A stretch of 62,313 bases of DNA, counting the filler, from Basidiobolus ranarum (Eukaryota): NCBI GenBank assembly GCA_040143965.1. It is 29 parts of 29 records of this genome, joined end to end, with 100 filler letters (N's around TTAATTAATTAA, not from the genome) between each part and the next. Parts side by side here need not be neighbours in the genome. Positions count along the whole stretch, not along the records: positions 47,402 to 49,447 come from JASJQH010010741.1; positions 49,548 to 51,592 come from JASJQH010010742.1; positions 51,693 to 53,737 come from JASJQH010010743.1; positions 53,838 to 55,882 come from JASJQH010010744.1; positions 55,983 to 58,026 come from JASJQH010010745.1; positions 58,127 to 60,170 come from JASJQH010010746.1; positions 60,271 to 62,313 come from JASJQH010010747.1; 22 more parts are not named here. One strand, given 5' to 3'. The position numbers and the translations under genes were made by a program. Positions 48,531 through 61,322 of the stretch are shown here, piece by piece; the first letter of the stretch is position 1; each line of letters starts with the position of its first letter. Under the pieces are notes generated by a model. The model worked only from the letters and a program-made list of their open reading frames with translations. It ran no database searches and was not told the origin of the DNA.

Positions 48531-49447
48531 TGTTGAAGTTTATTGTCTTTATCATATTTGTTATCTCTATCTTTATACACCTAACTTTTTCATATATCAC
48601 AAATAAGTTAGTTACCATTACTTAGTCAAACATCACTTAGCTGAAAATCGGAATATATATTATGTATATATGTGAATAATGTGAGAATTAGCAATTCCAT
48701 ATTGGAAATTTAAAACTTGTCCAAATTACCCCAAATATAGCTCATTTTACTCCCACCTATGTTCTGAACACAGCCCCAGTGTAGTTTTCTATACTTCCAC
48801 CAAAAAGTATTAATGTGTTATTTCTGGACAATAAACAATTATCTCACAAAGCTATTCACAACTCCACCTTTCTAAAGTTCCTCCAAACAGCCAATATTTT
48901 CCCAATAGGTTATGAGCCCTGTGTTCTAACCTTAATGGCATGACAGAAACCACTACTACCACTTTTATTAACTCAAGCATTGAAAAACCTGATGGAGAAA
49001 ATAACAATATTTTGGAAGTTGAAGATGCAAATCATGCTGGAAGACAGGGAGGTTTGGGATGTAGTCTCCCATCAGGCTTGGACTATATTGCTACAATGTT
49101 ATGAAGCAAATAGTCTTGCTAATAGATCCTTTCTCAGACAAAAATTCTTCAATATAAAGATGGAAAATTCTGAAAGCAAGGTTACTCATATTGCAAATGT
49201 GAGATCTTTGGCAAAACAACTGGAAAATATTGGTGCAACTTTACAGGAAGAAGATGTCATTATGACTCTTCTAAGTAGTCTACCAGAACAGTATTGAAAC
49301 TTGGTCACAGCTTTGGAAGCAAGATCTGACAAGTTGTCTTTGGAGTTTGTGGTAGCAAGGCTAATGGATCAACATCTCAGAAGTAAGAATTTGGAAAAAG
49401 AATCTGAGGAAGTAGCTCTTTTTGGAGCTGGAAAATGTAGCTTTGGC
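48531..49447 (+). mobile_element. Copia family B 5' end: LTR 48531-48907, PBS 48908-48921, gag from ATG 48940
   Basis: GGTTATGAGCCCTG directly after the LTR. Gag remnants WKLKMQIMLEDREVW and LLSSLPEQY. Confidence 0.9.
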
Positions 49448-49547
49448 NNNNNNNNNNNNNNNNNNNNNNNNNNNNNNNNNNNNNNNNNNNNTTAATTAAT
49501 TAANNNNNNNNNNNNNNNNNNNNNNNNNNNNNNNNNNNNNNNNNNNN

Positions 49548-51592
49548 CCACCAGAAAAGCCCATCACCTCACCAAAGGCTCAAAGAGTGTGGGTTGCAAT
49601 CAACAGTGTGATTGATATACTCTTCATCAAAACCCTCTTGAAGCCCTTTGGACTGAACACAAAGGAGAAGCGTGAAGCTTGGCGTGAAAAGATCCGCTAT
49701 TTCCGGGCAATGATACTACTGGTTCTACTGATGATTACCTTGTTGTTCGTATTGCCTTTTGTGATCTGCACCAATAGTTCAGCCCCGAAAGGAATACTAA
49801 CAGTGAACCTACCTTATTGCATGTTTCTGGATGTGGTGTACATCGTTTTCATGGCTAGCGCTGTTGGGGTGATGCTTATGAACATCTTGGCTGCAGTCAT
49901 GGTCCAGAGAATAGGAGGTAAATACAAGCCCCCCACCGACCCATCTGAGAAATGCAAGAAACTTTTGGCATTGCACATTCCATGCTACAGTGAAAGCAAA
50001 GAGGTCATATTGAAGACTGTCAACTCAGTAGCCCAAAGCGACTATGATGATGAGTCGAAGTTGCTGTTTGTGGTGGCGGATGGTGATGTGACTGGAAGTG
50101 GGAATGAAAAGTCTACCCCAAGGATCTTGATCGAAGACGTATTCAAGTGTGAGGGAGAGACCAAGCCAATGATCTATCAATCGGTTGGGCATGGCGATCA
50201 GAGGTTGAATAAAGCATGTGTGTACACCGGATACTACTCGCCTGAGAATGAGCCAGAGCGTAAGATCAAGTATTTGCTTGTGGTCAAGGTAGGATTGGAG
50301 AATGAGAAAGAAGCAGCGAAACCAGGCAACCGATCCAAGCGTGATTCACAACTCATTGTGTATAACTTCTTCCGAGAGGCTAATGGATTTTTCTTGGACG
50401 ACATGTTGAAGGAAATAGCTATGGAGGATGAAGATCCATTTCAGAGTACCGCATACGAATTTAATCAGAGTGCAAGCAGCTTCAACACCGAGATAGCCGA
50501 GACGAGTGCCAGGATTCAAGGAATGTCACTTTGGGGAGCAGCTCCGGGAAACGGGTACAGTGTTGCATCTTACTACTCAGGAACTGATTCCATGCCAGGA
50601 ACCCCAATGGGAGGCTCAGGTGTGGATGTCAACAGGATGTCTGGTCAACGTAGACGCAGAAGAATTCGATTCAGCTGCCCGATGTTTGCTGAGATGTATA
50701 GCTCATTGAAGAAAGTAGGATGCAATGCTAAGCATGTTGAGTATGTTCTAGTAGCTGATGCTGACACATTCATAAGGCCTACTGGCCTTGACATTCTTGT
50801 CCAAGCTTTAGAGAAGGATCCAAGTCTATCGGGTGTGTGTGGTGAAACAAAAGTAGAGAACAGAACGCAGAACTATATCACTATGATCCAAGTGTTTGAA
50901 TATTTTCTCACTCACTGCTTGCTCAAATCGTTCGAGTCTTTCTATGCCAATGTTCTCGTTCTGTCAGGATGCTTTACCATATACCGACTCAAGCGTCACT
51001 CTGTTGACCCAGTAACAGGGAAGGAAGAGGTTCAGCCAGCAGTCCTTGATCCCCGGATCATGAGAGATTATATGGCGGAGCCCAAGTTGATGAGAGAGCA
51101 CAACCTTCTAACCATTGGTGAAGACCGGTATCTTTGTACTCTTGTTATCCGGTATCTGACAGACATGCGCACACGGTACATCCCATCAGCGGTGTGCACC
51201 ACTACCGTACCTGATCAACTGAGTGTGCTGTTGTGCCAGCGAAGAAGATGGACGAATTCCCTCATCCACAATCACTTTGACCTATTTGTGAATCCACCTG
51301 CCTTTCCAACCTGGAGAATGAGATGGAGTATGAAGCTGGTGATGCTATCAGAGTTATGGTCAGCCTCTGCCATTCCATTTTTCTTACCACTTGGATGTTG
51401 CATTGCGATATGGGGCTTATGGACGCATCTTTCATGGTTGTCTCTCGGCTTCACCTTGGTTCTGTTCTGTCTTCCAGGGCTTATTGCATTGATGGCAGGA
51501 AGGAAAACACAAGCCTGTTGGTGGTTTATGTTTCTCTTTGGCCTTCCATTGTGGGCAGTGGCAATACCATTGTATAGTCTGTGGAAGATGGA
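49548..51592 (+). CDS. Chitin synthase (GT2, division-2-like), both ends truncated
   Basis: AWREK, PCYSES, KPGNRSKRDSQ, DADT, GCFTIYR, GEDRYL and QRRRW, then TM helices. Confidence 0.93.
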
Positions 51593-51692
51593 NNNNNNNN
51601 NNNNNNNNNNNNNNNNNNNNNNNNNNNNNNNNNNNNTTAATTAATTAANNNNNNNNNNNNNNNNNNNNNNNNNNNNNNNNNNNNNNNNNNNN

Positions 51693-52740
51693 AAGAAGAG
51701 ATGGCACAGGAGATCTGTTGTCATAACCTAATAATAGAGGAGATCTATTCGTAGAGGATCAGTATGCCAAGATCATAATCATGACAGGATGTATTGCAAA
51801 AATCATAACCAATAAAAGATGGACAGCAGCCAATGGGATGAAAGGGACATGCTGCAAATCAATTGTTTCTTTTTAGATAATGTTCTTATACTAATAGGTT
51901 AAGGGATTTCCAATGCCATATTAGGATCAAGTTTAGTATTTACAATTTCTCTCAGATGCTGTAACTTGAATTTCTTACAGGATCATCTCAGAATAGCTTG
52001 ATAAATCAATCTTTGCCTAAGTGGGAGCCACTAGCTGCTTTGTTGCTATGTTCATGTCATCTACAAGTATTGCAAAGTTCTGGATACTATTTATGGTTGC
52101 TTCATCCAAATGCTGGGATCTGCTGCTCATTTTGGGAATTCTAGCTATACCCTATAGGTATTTATCTTGTACTGCCATTGCCTAGACATCTGCCTGAGTT
52201 AGTAGAGCAGTAATTGCTGTTTATAGGGCATATCAGGTTGATGTTGATTAACAAATCTTACTAATTAATACATATAAGTCACTTCTAGATTTCTATTCCA
52301 AAGGTTTCACAAATTCATCCTCATCTTTCATCTAAGCTAATCTCATATATGAAACATATATTGTATACCAAAAATAACATATCTGTGGCTCCCTTTCTGT
52401 AGTTAAGGAAATCTCTATAGCAATATAACCATTATGTCTTATTAACCCTACATATCTGTTGTATCTTCTTTCAAGTGTTTGGAAATATGTCAAACATTGA
52501 TTTACTTCTTTGCTACATAAATCACCAAGGTAACTTCAGAATAAAGAAGTAACTAACACTCTATTGTAATTTGCCTCTAATACACAAGGTTTACTATCAT
52601 GATGCAAAATTCCTCCAATATGGTAGCAGTAAGCAAATTAGAATCTTCCTCTCAAGAGGAGATTACAAAAATTGATGTATTCAATTGGGAAAAGTTCAAT
52701 GAGTGGAAATTGAAATTGTAACTATTCATTATAGAGGATA
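51693..52740. mobile_element. Highly decayed copia RT remnant (minus), then LTR C-like sequence, PBS TGGTAGCAG (52621) and gag start (plus)
   Basis: ILVDDM remnant near 52060; 51693-51770 resembles 10862-10935; 52400-52720 aligns with inverted 45900-46210. Confidence 0.6.
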
Positions 52741-53095
52741 TTTCTGGCATTTGAAGCACAAGTGGGATTAACAGAGAAAAATTGGCAATAATTTCACTTG
52801 ATCAAGATCTGCTATAGAACTCCTATCACAGTTAGGCATGAAAACTGATTTCCAACAATGAAAAATCAATCTGCAGCTCCCAGAATTCATCAATTTATTA
52901 GACAGTCTGACTATTATTTGTTAATTTATAATAGCTCCTTTCTTATAAAGTTGTGATCTACATTTTGCATAATAAAATACTTTGGTTCTTATTCATTTTA
53001 TTCTGATCATTGTTAGGTGCTTTTGTGCAATACACTGAGATATAATAAAGAGTTATATATCTCAGGTAGCATGGTTCTGGCAGCTTGAAAAAAAT

Positions 53096-53412
53096 TGTTG
53101 GATAATTAATCTTTATTCAACATCATAGTTAACTTTAGTCAAGATACAAATATCAGAAACACAGAGCAATGTAGCTATAGCCCATATATTCTAAGTAGGA
53201 ATATCTCTATAACTATGTAACAAGTATGTCTTATTAACCCCATTTATCTATTTTATCTTATTATGCAAACTGCTAAATATCTCAAACAATTCATTCACTG
53301 TTATATTATATAAGTAACCATATACTCTTACAAATAAAGCAACTAAATCACACTATCACAAGTTCCTTCTAATACCAAAAGTCTACCCCCATTATTTCAA
53401 GATCCCCCCACA
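53096..53412 (+). mobile_element. Solo LTR family C (317 bp)
   Basis: TGTTGGATAATT...CCACA; same length as 45993-46309. Confidence 0.85.
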
Positions 53413-53632
53413 AAATTCCACAATACAATCAGCCTTTTGCAACTGGGGTTGCTTTTCCATGGTGGTGCAAATCCTGTGTTAATATGTCATTATCTGGGGC
53501 TCATGTATTTGAGCTGTGCAGTCATAGGCCTAATTGTGGAACTTATTGATATTTTAATCAGGGCTGTTTGTGATCTAACTTCTGGCATTATATTTGGCAT
53601 TTCAGCAGGCTTAATTTTAATTGAAGGGCTCA

Positions 53633-53737
53633 TGTTAAAGTATTTGGGAGCCTGTTGGAAGTGGTTTGGAGAATTAGAGGAATTGGTGGTTTTCACTTAT
53701 TGATTTATTGAGTAGAAAGTTGACATTTATAGTTTTG
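53633..53737 (-). mobile_element. 3' end of LTR family A
   Basis: Exact reverse complement of 3-107. Confidence 0.9.
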
Positions 53738-53837
53738 NNNNNNNNNNNNNNNNNNNNNNNNNNNNNNNNNNNNNNNNNNNNTTAATTAATTAANNNNNNN
53801 NNNNNNNNNNNNNNNNNNNNNNNNNNNNNNNNNNNNN

Positions 53838-54167
53838 CACCTAACTATTTCATATATCACATATTAGTTAGTCAACATTATTTAGTCAAATATCACTTAG
53901 CTGCAAATCGGAACATATATTTTATATATATGTGAATTATGTGAGAATTAGCAATTACATATTGGAAATTTCAAACTTGTCCAAATTGCCCCAAAGATAG
54001 CTCATTTTACTCCCACAGATGTTCTGAACACAACCCCAGTGTTAGTTTTCTGTATTTCCACCAAAATGTATAAATGCTTAATTTCTGGTCAATAAATAAT
54101 CTCTCACAAACCTACTCACAACTCCACTTTTCTAAAGTTCCTCCAAACAGCCCATATTTTCCCAATA
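53838..54167 (+). mobile_element. LTR family B (5' truncated) inserted in the CACTA transposase
   Basis: Matches 9095-9425. Transposase homology resumes at 54168. Confidence 0.85.
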
Positions 54168-55882
54168 TATATTTGGGTGATTTCATCAAAACTTTAAGAT
54201 GGGGAATAAATGGTATGTAAGCCAAATATGAACAATATTTACTTGATTCAGTGATTCCAATTGTCTGCAAACAGTACATGACTTCAGGTTTTTCAGATCA
54301 CCAGAGAAAGCTAAACAACCTTTTGGACATGAAGGTAGTTCAATTACTGAAGGATTATAAGTCATACAACTGACAAGTATTTTCCACTTCTACCAGGTCT
54401 GTGGCAAGCTGCACTTGCTAATCAACTGTGGTAAAAGTGTAAGAAAACCAATAAACACCTGGTTGCTAAGGTTGGATTGAATTCTCAACTCCTCAATAAT
54501 CAAAGCTGCTTCCTTTACAGTGAGTGTGATGAGTGGACCAATGTTTGCCAATAACAAAGAGTCCATAACAAAACCATCGTCTTCTTCTTCAACTTCTGAT
54601 ATACTACCACTTGTACTGGAATAACCAAGGTCAACATCTAGCAGCAAGTTCTCAAAGTTGTCTGGACTTACTGGTTTGACCAAAGTTACATTTTGACCTC
54701 CATCATTCTGGTCATATAGATGAGGTAACTCCACAGTATCTTGACTTCTGGCAGTGTTACCAAAACTTTGAGGCAAACTACAGTCAATGGACTCAATGGG
54801 CAAAACTGAAGTCAATTTAGTGCACTTATTACTGTTGTTATACACCAGGCTTTGTGCAGCGGGTGGCATTTGTACAGTGACTGTGCTTGTGATTATTTTT
54901 TCTATGAAACCTCCTGCTTTCATAGCACATGAATTTGTGACCATAATACCAGGGCTTCTTTCAACATTTGTGTTGTGGCATGAGAAGGATATTGTAGAAA
55001 AAGAACAGCTACATAAGGGTGGTTTTTTAGGTATAGCCTATCAATATCATCAGCTGATTCTGAGATGGTGTCACTAAAAAGTCATCAGGGGATTTACAAG
55101 ATATTTTTGGCAATGGATGGCAATTTTGGTTTATTATAAGCTGTTTCTAAGTAATTTCATTACATCAAGTTTGCCATCTGAGAATTTTAATGACAATCAA
55201 AAAGCATTCAAAATCCAAATAAAAATCAGCTTCCAAGCCAAAGCCTGCTGGCACAATAGAAAAAAAACCACCAAGGACAGAGGACCTGACTGATGAGCAG
55301 TCTAGCAATCCACTATCCACTTTGAAAGGCATTAACATGCTGGTACTAACTCAAATAATGTTGAAGCATTGATCAATTTACCAGATGCGTTCCTTTCCAG
55401 CAATAGTGCAAGTGAACAGATTGTAATCACCCAGTTACATAGTAAATCAATAGTTGAGCAAAGTTCAATCAAAACACTGTCAAGACCATCAACTTTCAAA
55501 ATGGCTACTTTGCCCACTATTACACAACCCTCCATAGAAAATTTGGATAGAATTATTACAACAAGGGAATCACAGCCAGAACACCACAATAATTTGTATG
55601 CAATCATAAGTAAAAACTATGAGGTTGCTATACAGGCCATGAAAAGCAATAAGGCACAATATTGCAATTAATGCAGCATTTGGAAGCAACTAGTAAATAG
55701 TTAGAGAGCCACTCAATAATGATACCAGCCCTTCAGAATGCTATACTTGAGCTACAGCAACATGCTGCTCCCTCTGTCCATTCTCATATGGGATTTCAGC
55801 CAATCCCACACCTTACATAGGAACATCACTGTGACAATCTAGCAGAGCCAAAGATGTGTTGGACCATTAAGCCTACACAACA
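54168..55882. mobile_element. CACTA/CMC element: transposase N-terminal part (minus) and divergent accessory ORF (plus)
   Basis: 54168-54520 inverted matches 57086-57440 (Tnp2). 55249-55882 matches contig 15133-17189. Confidence 0.75.
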
Positions 55883-55982
55883 NNNNNNNNNNNNNNNNNN
55901 NNNNNNNNNNNNNNNNNNNNNNNNNNTTAATTAATTAANNNNNNNNNNNNNNNNNNNNNNNNNNNNNNNNNNNNNNNNNNNN

Positions 55983-56661
55983 GCTACAGTGATGCAGACT
56001 GGGGAAGAAACCTTGATGATAGAAGATCAACAACTGGATAAACCTTTCTCTATGGTAATGGAGCCATAACTTGGAATAGTAAGAAGCAACCAAACATAGC
56101 ACTTTCCACTGCTGAAGCAGAGTATATGGCTGCCTCTGCTACTACACAAGAAGCTATGTGGTTAAGAAAGTTATTTACAGACTTAGGATACATGCAAAAC
56201 GTGCTATTACTGTATTTGAAGATAATCAAAGTTGTATTTCATTAGCTAAAAACCCTACATTTCATGCTAGAACAAAACATAGATAGTAGGCATCATTTTG
56301 TTAGAGAAGCAATAGAGAATGATAAAATTGAACTTGTCTATTGCCTTACTGAAGAAATGCTAGCTGATATCTTAACCAAACCTTTAGCAAAAGCACAGTT
56401 TGAATTATTAAGATATAAGTTAGGTTTAAGAGAAACACAAAATGATTGGTTGAGTGGGAATGTTGAAATTAGGTAAATAGCAACTCATTATTTAGTAGTT
56501 AGTTTATTCATATTCTGATTATTTAGTACTCAATTCTGTCATTCAAAAATGTGTGTTTATTGCTCTAATTGATAGAAGTATCAATTAGATCACTTTTACC
56601 AATTTTCACTATTTTCTCAAATCTTCTCCAAATCACCTCAACTTTTCACGCATGCTTCACA
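55983..56661 (+). mobile_element. Copia RNase H end, PPT and short LTR D (56461-~56661)
   Basis: YSDADWG...RRSTTG, LSTAEAEY, ADILTKPL; GAGTGGGAA|TGTTGAAAT. Confidence 0.85.
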
Positions 56662-57085
56662 GGCATGTTTGTTATGATCTAAGCACATCCAATAGTCCTA
56701 TTTCATAGTAAACTATAAATAGGACATGTTCAATTCAAAAAACTTAAGTGTCCAATTCACAAATCCAAATCTTGTCCAAAAACACTTTCAAATCCCCTAA
56801 ACACTTTTATCAATATCAAAGGTGACAAAGTAGCATTAAAGTGGTAATTATGTAAAATATGAGTTAAGTTTCTTGCATATGTGTTAATCCATAGTTCTCT
56901 GAGGTTTCAGCCAATAATGCCAAAATATTTTGCAAGATTTTGAAATTTCATTCCTGAAAATGAAAAAATTGATTAAAATCAAATCTAACTTGACAATTTT
57001 ATGATGGTAAGTAAACAGTCAATCCTAAATGGATTGAAATTGTGATGGTTTTCCTACAATAACGATCCACAAATTTCTTTTAGGG

Positions 57086-57920
57086 ACAATAAAGGAAGCA
57101 GCTGTGATTATTGAGGAGTGGAGAGTTCAATCCAATCTTAGCAACTCGATGTTTCTTGGTTTTCTTACAGTTATACCACAGTTGATTGGCAACTATTGCT
57201 TACCACAGACCTGGTACAAGTGGAAAACACTTGTCAATCATATGACTTATAATCCTTCAGTCACTAAACTACCTTCATATTCAAATGGCTGTTTAGCTTT
57301 CACTGGTGATCTGAAGAACCTGAAGTCATGTACTGTTTGCACACAATTGGTAATCATGGAATCAGGTAAATATTGCTCATATTTGGCTTACATTCCATTG
57401 ATTCCCCACCTTAAAGTTTTGATGAAATCACCCAAATATATATCATTGGTTTAATGCCAAAGTACTCACCATAAAGCTGATGGTATTACCAATGTAATAG
57501 ATGGATATCACTACCAGAATCTGAAAAGTAAAGGTTTCTTTGAGAACATGTATGATCATGCATTTGCATTGGCTCTGGATGGTTTCTCACCAAACAAATA
57601 TACCATTGAAAGACTTGCAGGCCAATAATTTTAATCAACTTTAATCTTTCTCCTTTTGAATGGCATAAGAGTCTCAATATTTTGATGCTATCCATCATAT
57701 CTGGACCTAAATCACCAGTGCTTATAGATAGCTTCTTGGAGCCTTTGATTACAGAATGTGAAAGAGTATCTAATGCGTTTCAGATGGGTTAATATTTTAT
57801 TAAAGCTAATATCATTGTATGTATTGGTGACACTCCTGCCATCAGTAAACTTGGAGGTTTTTGTGGGCACATACACTATCTTGCAGTAGATTTTGTCGTA
57901 TGAATGGAGCTTACTCTAAC
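57086..57920 (+). mobile_element. Degenerate CACTA/EnSpm Tnp2-family (Transposase_21) transposase
   Basis: YIPLIPHLK, ALDGFSP, PIILINFNLSP, NILMLSIISGPKSP..IDSFLEPLITE, IGDTPAISKLGGFCGH. Confidence 0.85.
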
Positions 57921-58126
57921 TGGCACAAGCTTGGACAATAGCATCTGTAGGTTCGACTAATGTAGGCTTTGGGACAGTTTTAGTTGAGACTTCGAAGTTG
58001 TTTTGAAATGTGACCGCTTCCATTTTNNNNNNNNNNNNNNNNNNNNNNNNNNNNNNNNNNNNNNNNNNNNTTAATTAATTAANNNNNNNNNNNNNNNNNN
58101 NNNNNNNNNNNNNNNNNNNNNNNNNN

Positions 58127-60170
58127 CTAAATTTCTCAAATTTCTGTCTAGCTAATTGTTTGGTTAATATATCAGCAATCATGTCTTCTGTAGAACAATA
58201 AGTTAAGTCAATAAACTTATTCTCTATAGTCTCTCTAGTGAAGTGATGCTTAATATCTATGTGTTTGCTTCTATTATGAAACGTGGGATTTTTTAGCTAA
58301 TTTGATACAACTTTAATTATCTTAAAATATTGTAGTTGGCAAATTTTGAGAATGACCCAAATCTGTTTAGAGTTTCCTTAACCTTATTGCTTCTATTGGT
58401 GCTTCACAGGCAGCCATGTATTCAGCTTCTGTTGTTGAAAGTGCTATGGTAAGTTGCTTCTTTGAATTCCAAGAAATAGCTCCATTACAGCAAAGAAATA
58501 AGTATCCTGTTGTAGATCTCCTGTTTTCAATATCTCTTCCCCAATTAGCATCTGAATATCCCATCAAATCAAAGTTTGATCCAGAATATGTGTATTTTCA
58601 GCATAGATCCACAGTACCTTTCAAATATCCCAAAGTCCACCTAACTGCTATGATTTGATCAGATTCATAATTTTGAACATATTGACACATAACTCCCACA
58701 GAATGTGCAATATCTGGCCATGTTCCAACCATGATATACATCCAACTACTAACCATAGATTGATAAGCAAATTTCTGGCTTTCATTTGAATCCAAGAACT
58801 TCTGGTTTGAGCCATTTTTGTTCAATTCAAGATTTGTCTCCATTGAGGTAGATACTGGATTACATTTTCCATTTTAAACTTCTTTAATATATCTAGGATT
58901 TACTTAGACTGGTTTAAAGTTATTGTTTTGGTAGTTCTATCTATCTTAATTTGGATTCCAAGATAGTATGTCAGTCCACCAAGATCAATCATTTTGAATT
59001 CAGCAGATAGGCTGGATTTGTTTTTCTCCAAAGTCTTCAAGTCATTGGTTGCTACAATAAGGTCATCTACATATAAGGCTAATAAAACTGGGTTTGTCTT
59101 ATCTGGCCTGAAATAGATACTATAGTCAGCATTACTCCTTTGGAATTTGAGTGTTTCTAAAAAAGTATCCATCTTGCTATTCCAAGCTCTTGGAGATTGC
59201 TTTAAGCCATAGAGTGTTTTCCGGAGTCTGAAAACTTTTTTAGGGCTTTCTGGGTCCACAAATCCATCTGGCTGGTCCATATAGATCTCCTCAGCAAGCT
59301 CACCATTTGAAAAGGCAGTTTTAACATCCATTTGATGTATAAGAAACTGATATTTAGCTGAGATTGCTAAAATCAATCCAATTGAATTAAACTTTGCTAG
59401 AGCAGCAAAAGTTTCTGTATAATCTATTCCTGGTGTTTGGAAATAACCTTTGGCTACTAGTCTGGCCTTGTACTTTCTATATTGCCATCAGAGTTGTATT
59501 AAACTTTCAACTCCCATTGGCAGCCAATTGATTTTCTAGCATCAGGTAAGTTGGTTAAAGTCCAAGTTTGATTATCAATCACGGCCTGGTACTCTTCAGC
59601 CATTGCAGATCTCCAAAATTTTGTGTGAGGGCCATTCAGGGCCTCTTTTACAGTCTGGGGTTCTTGTATTTGAGCTGTGCAGGCATAGGCCCAATTCTGG
59701 AGCTCATTGAAATAGTAATCAGGTCTATTTCAGCTCCAATTTGATCTCCTGGTTTGGGAAAAAGGTAATACAACTTCTGGCATTGTATTGAGCACATCAG
59801 TAGGCAAAGGTTTGGTTGAGGGGTCCACAGGAATGCTATTTTCTTCATTGTTTTGGTTTGGAATGATTTTGAATGATTGGATCAGGTGAAAATTGATTTT
59901 TCTCATCATCTGAGATCATTTTGGTTGAAAATTCTTCATTTTCATCAAACAAAACATCCCTGTACTTGATTAACTTGGCAATTTTGGTATCATAGATTCT
60001 GTAGGCCTTAGTTTGTGTACAATAACCCAGAAATATGCCTTTCTTACTTTTGAGATCAAATTTAGACCAATTTTTTGTCATAATTTTGACATAAGCAATG
60101 CATCCAAAGATCCTCAAATGTTTTACATCAGGTTTAACTCCAAACCAAGCTTGATATGATGTAGAGTTTG
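58127..60170 (-). mobile_element. Copia integrase end, RT and RNase H (degenerate)
   Basis: KARLVAKGY, HQMDVKTAF, LYGLKQSPRAW, LYVDD, GYSDANWG in IN-RT-RH order. Confidence 0.95.
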
Positions 60171-60270
60171 NNNNNNNNNNNNNNNNNNNNNNNNNNNNNN
60201 NNNNNNNNNNNNNNTTAATTAATTAANNNNNNNNNNNNNNNNNNNNNNNNNNNNNNNNNNNNNNNNNNNN

Positions 60271-61322
60271 CCTGTTTGAGTAGTGACACTCGTGGCTGTG
60301 ACAAAAGTAGTTAGGGTAGTGGTAGTAGGCCCGCTGGGTCCACCAATTGTAGTGGTGATGGTAGTAGGAATAGTTGAGGTGGTAATGACGGTGGAAGTGG
60401 TAGGAGGAGTATTTGTCTGAGTAGTGAAAGATGTCGAGTCCTGGGTGACTACTGAGTTGGTGGATGGCGTTACCGTGCCGATTACAGTAGATGGTAGTAC
60501 AGTGGTGCTTGGCTGAGTTGCCGTAATAGTTGGAGTAGCAGTTACAAAAACCGGCGGAAAGATATCAGTTATAAAAGTTGGATCAGCAGTCCTAGTAACA
60601 GAAATAGCACGTATAGTCTCAGTGAAGTAAGGTACTCCAGTATTTGTTACGGTGCCTAAAGTATACGTCGATACTATAACACTTCCGTTGTTTGAATGAG
60701 ACACAACCGTTGGCGCAACTACCACTATGTTTACACTGGTACCTCTAAGATGCGTAATAGTAAGATCATCTACTTTTTGTGGTATTAATATTGTGCCTTT
60801 GGGTTCGCTATAAGTCCATGAATAACTTCTACTCGGGTCATTTGAATCAGTCAAAGTGACTGTAGGGAACGGAGTACTTTCTGACACTGTTTCAGTTACT
60901 GGTGAAAGTGTAATAGTGTATAGAGAAGTCGGCAATACTTTAGTAACTGTAGTGGGATCTACCTCTTGTACGACAGTTTGAGCGAAAATTTCTCTAGTAT
61001 CCGAACTGGCTGAGTAGGTACTTACTACAGATGAATCCCGAAAGATATCCGTAAATGTAAGTGGAGGAAAAGTGTCAGTAAAGAATGCCGGTGGAATGGT
61101 GGTTGTACCAGAATATCCGGGGACTGTAGCAGTATAGGTGTGGGATGGAACAAAATAAGTTGCAGTGGCCAAAGGCAGTCCCAAAGTGTACGTGTACGAG
61201 GCATTGGGATTAACACCAGTGTTGTTACCTGCGGCTACTGAGGATGTAACTTGAGCTACTGTTGGTTTTGATAGTATTATCAACCCAATTGCAGCGCAAA
61301 ATGACTCTCTGATGATAAGCAT
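60271..61322 (-). CDS. Secreted Thr/Ser-rich mucin/adhesin-like protein, 3' truncated
   Basis: Signal-like MLIIRESFCAAIGLIILSKPTVA, extreme T/S/V/P content, TATA ~60 bp upstream. Confidence 0.8.

Noticed and set aside
53626-53632. TGAGCCC next to an LTR A end, resembling a truncated PBS
   Set aside because: The flank aligns with the copia IN-RT spacer (compare ~9500-9540 and ~59790-59830), so it is target sequence.
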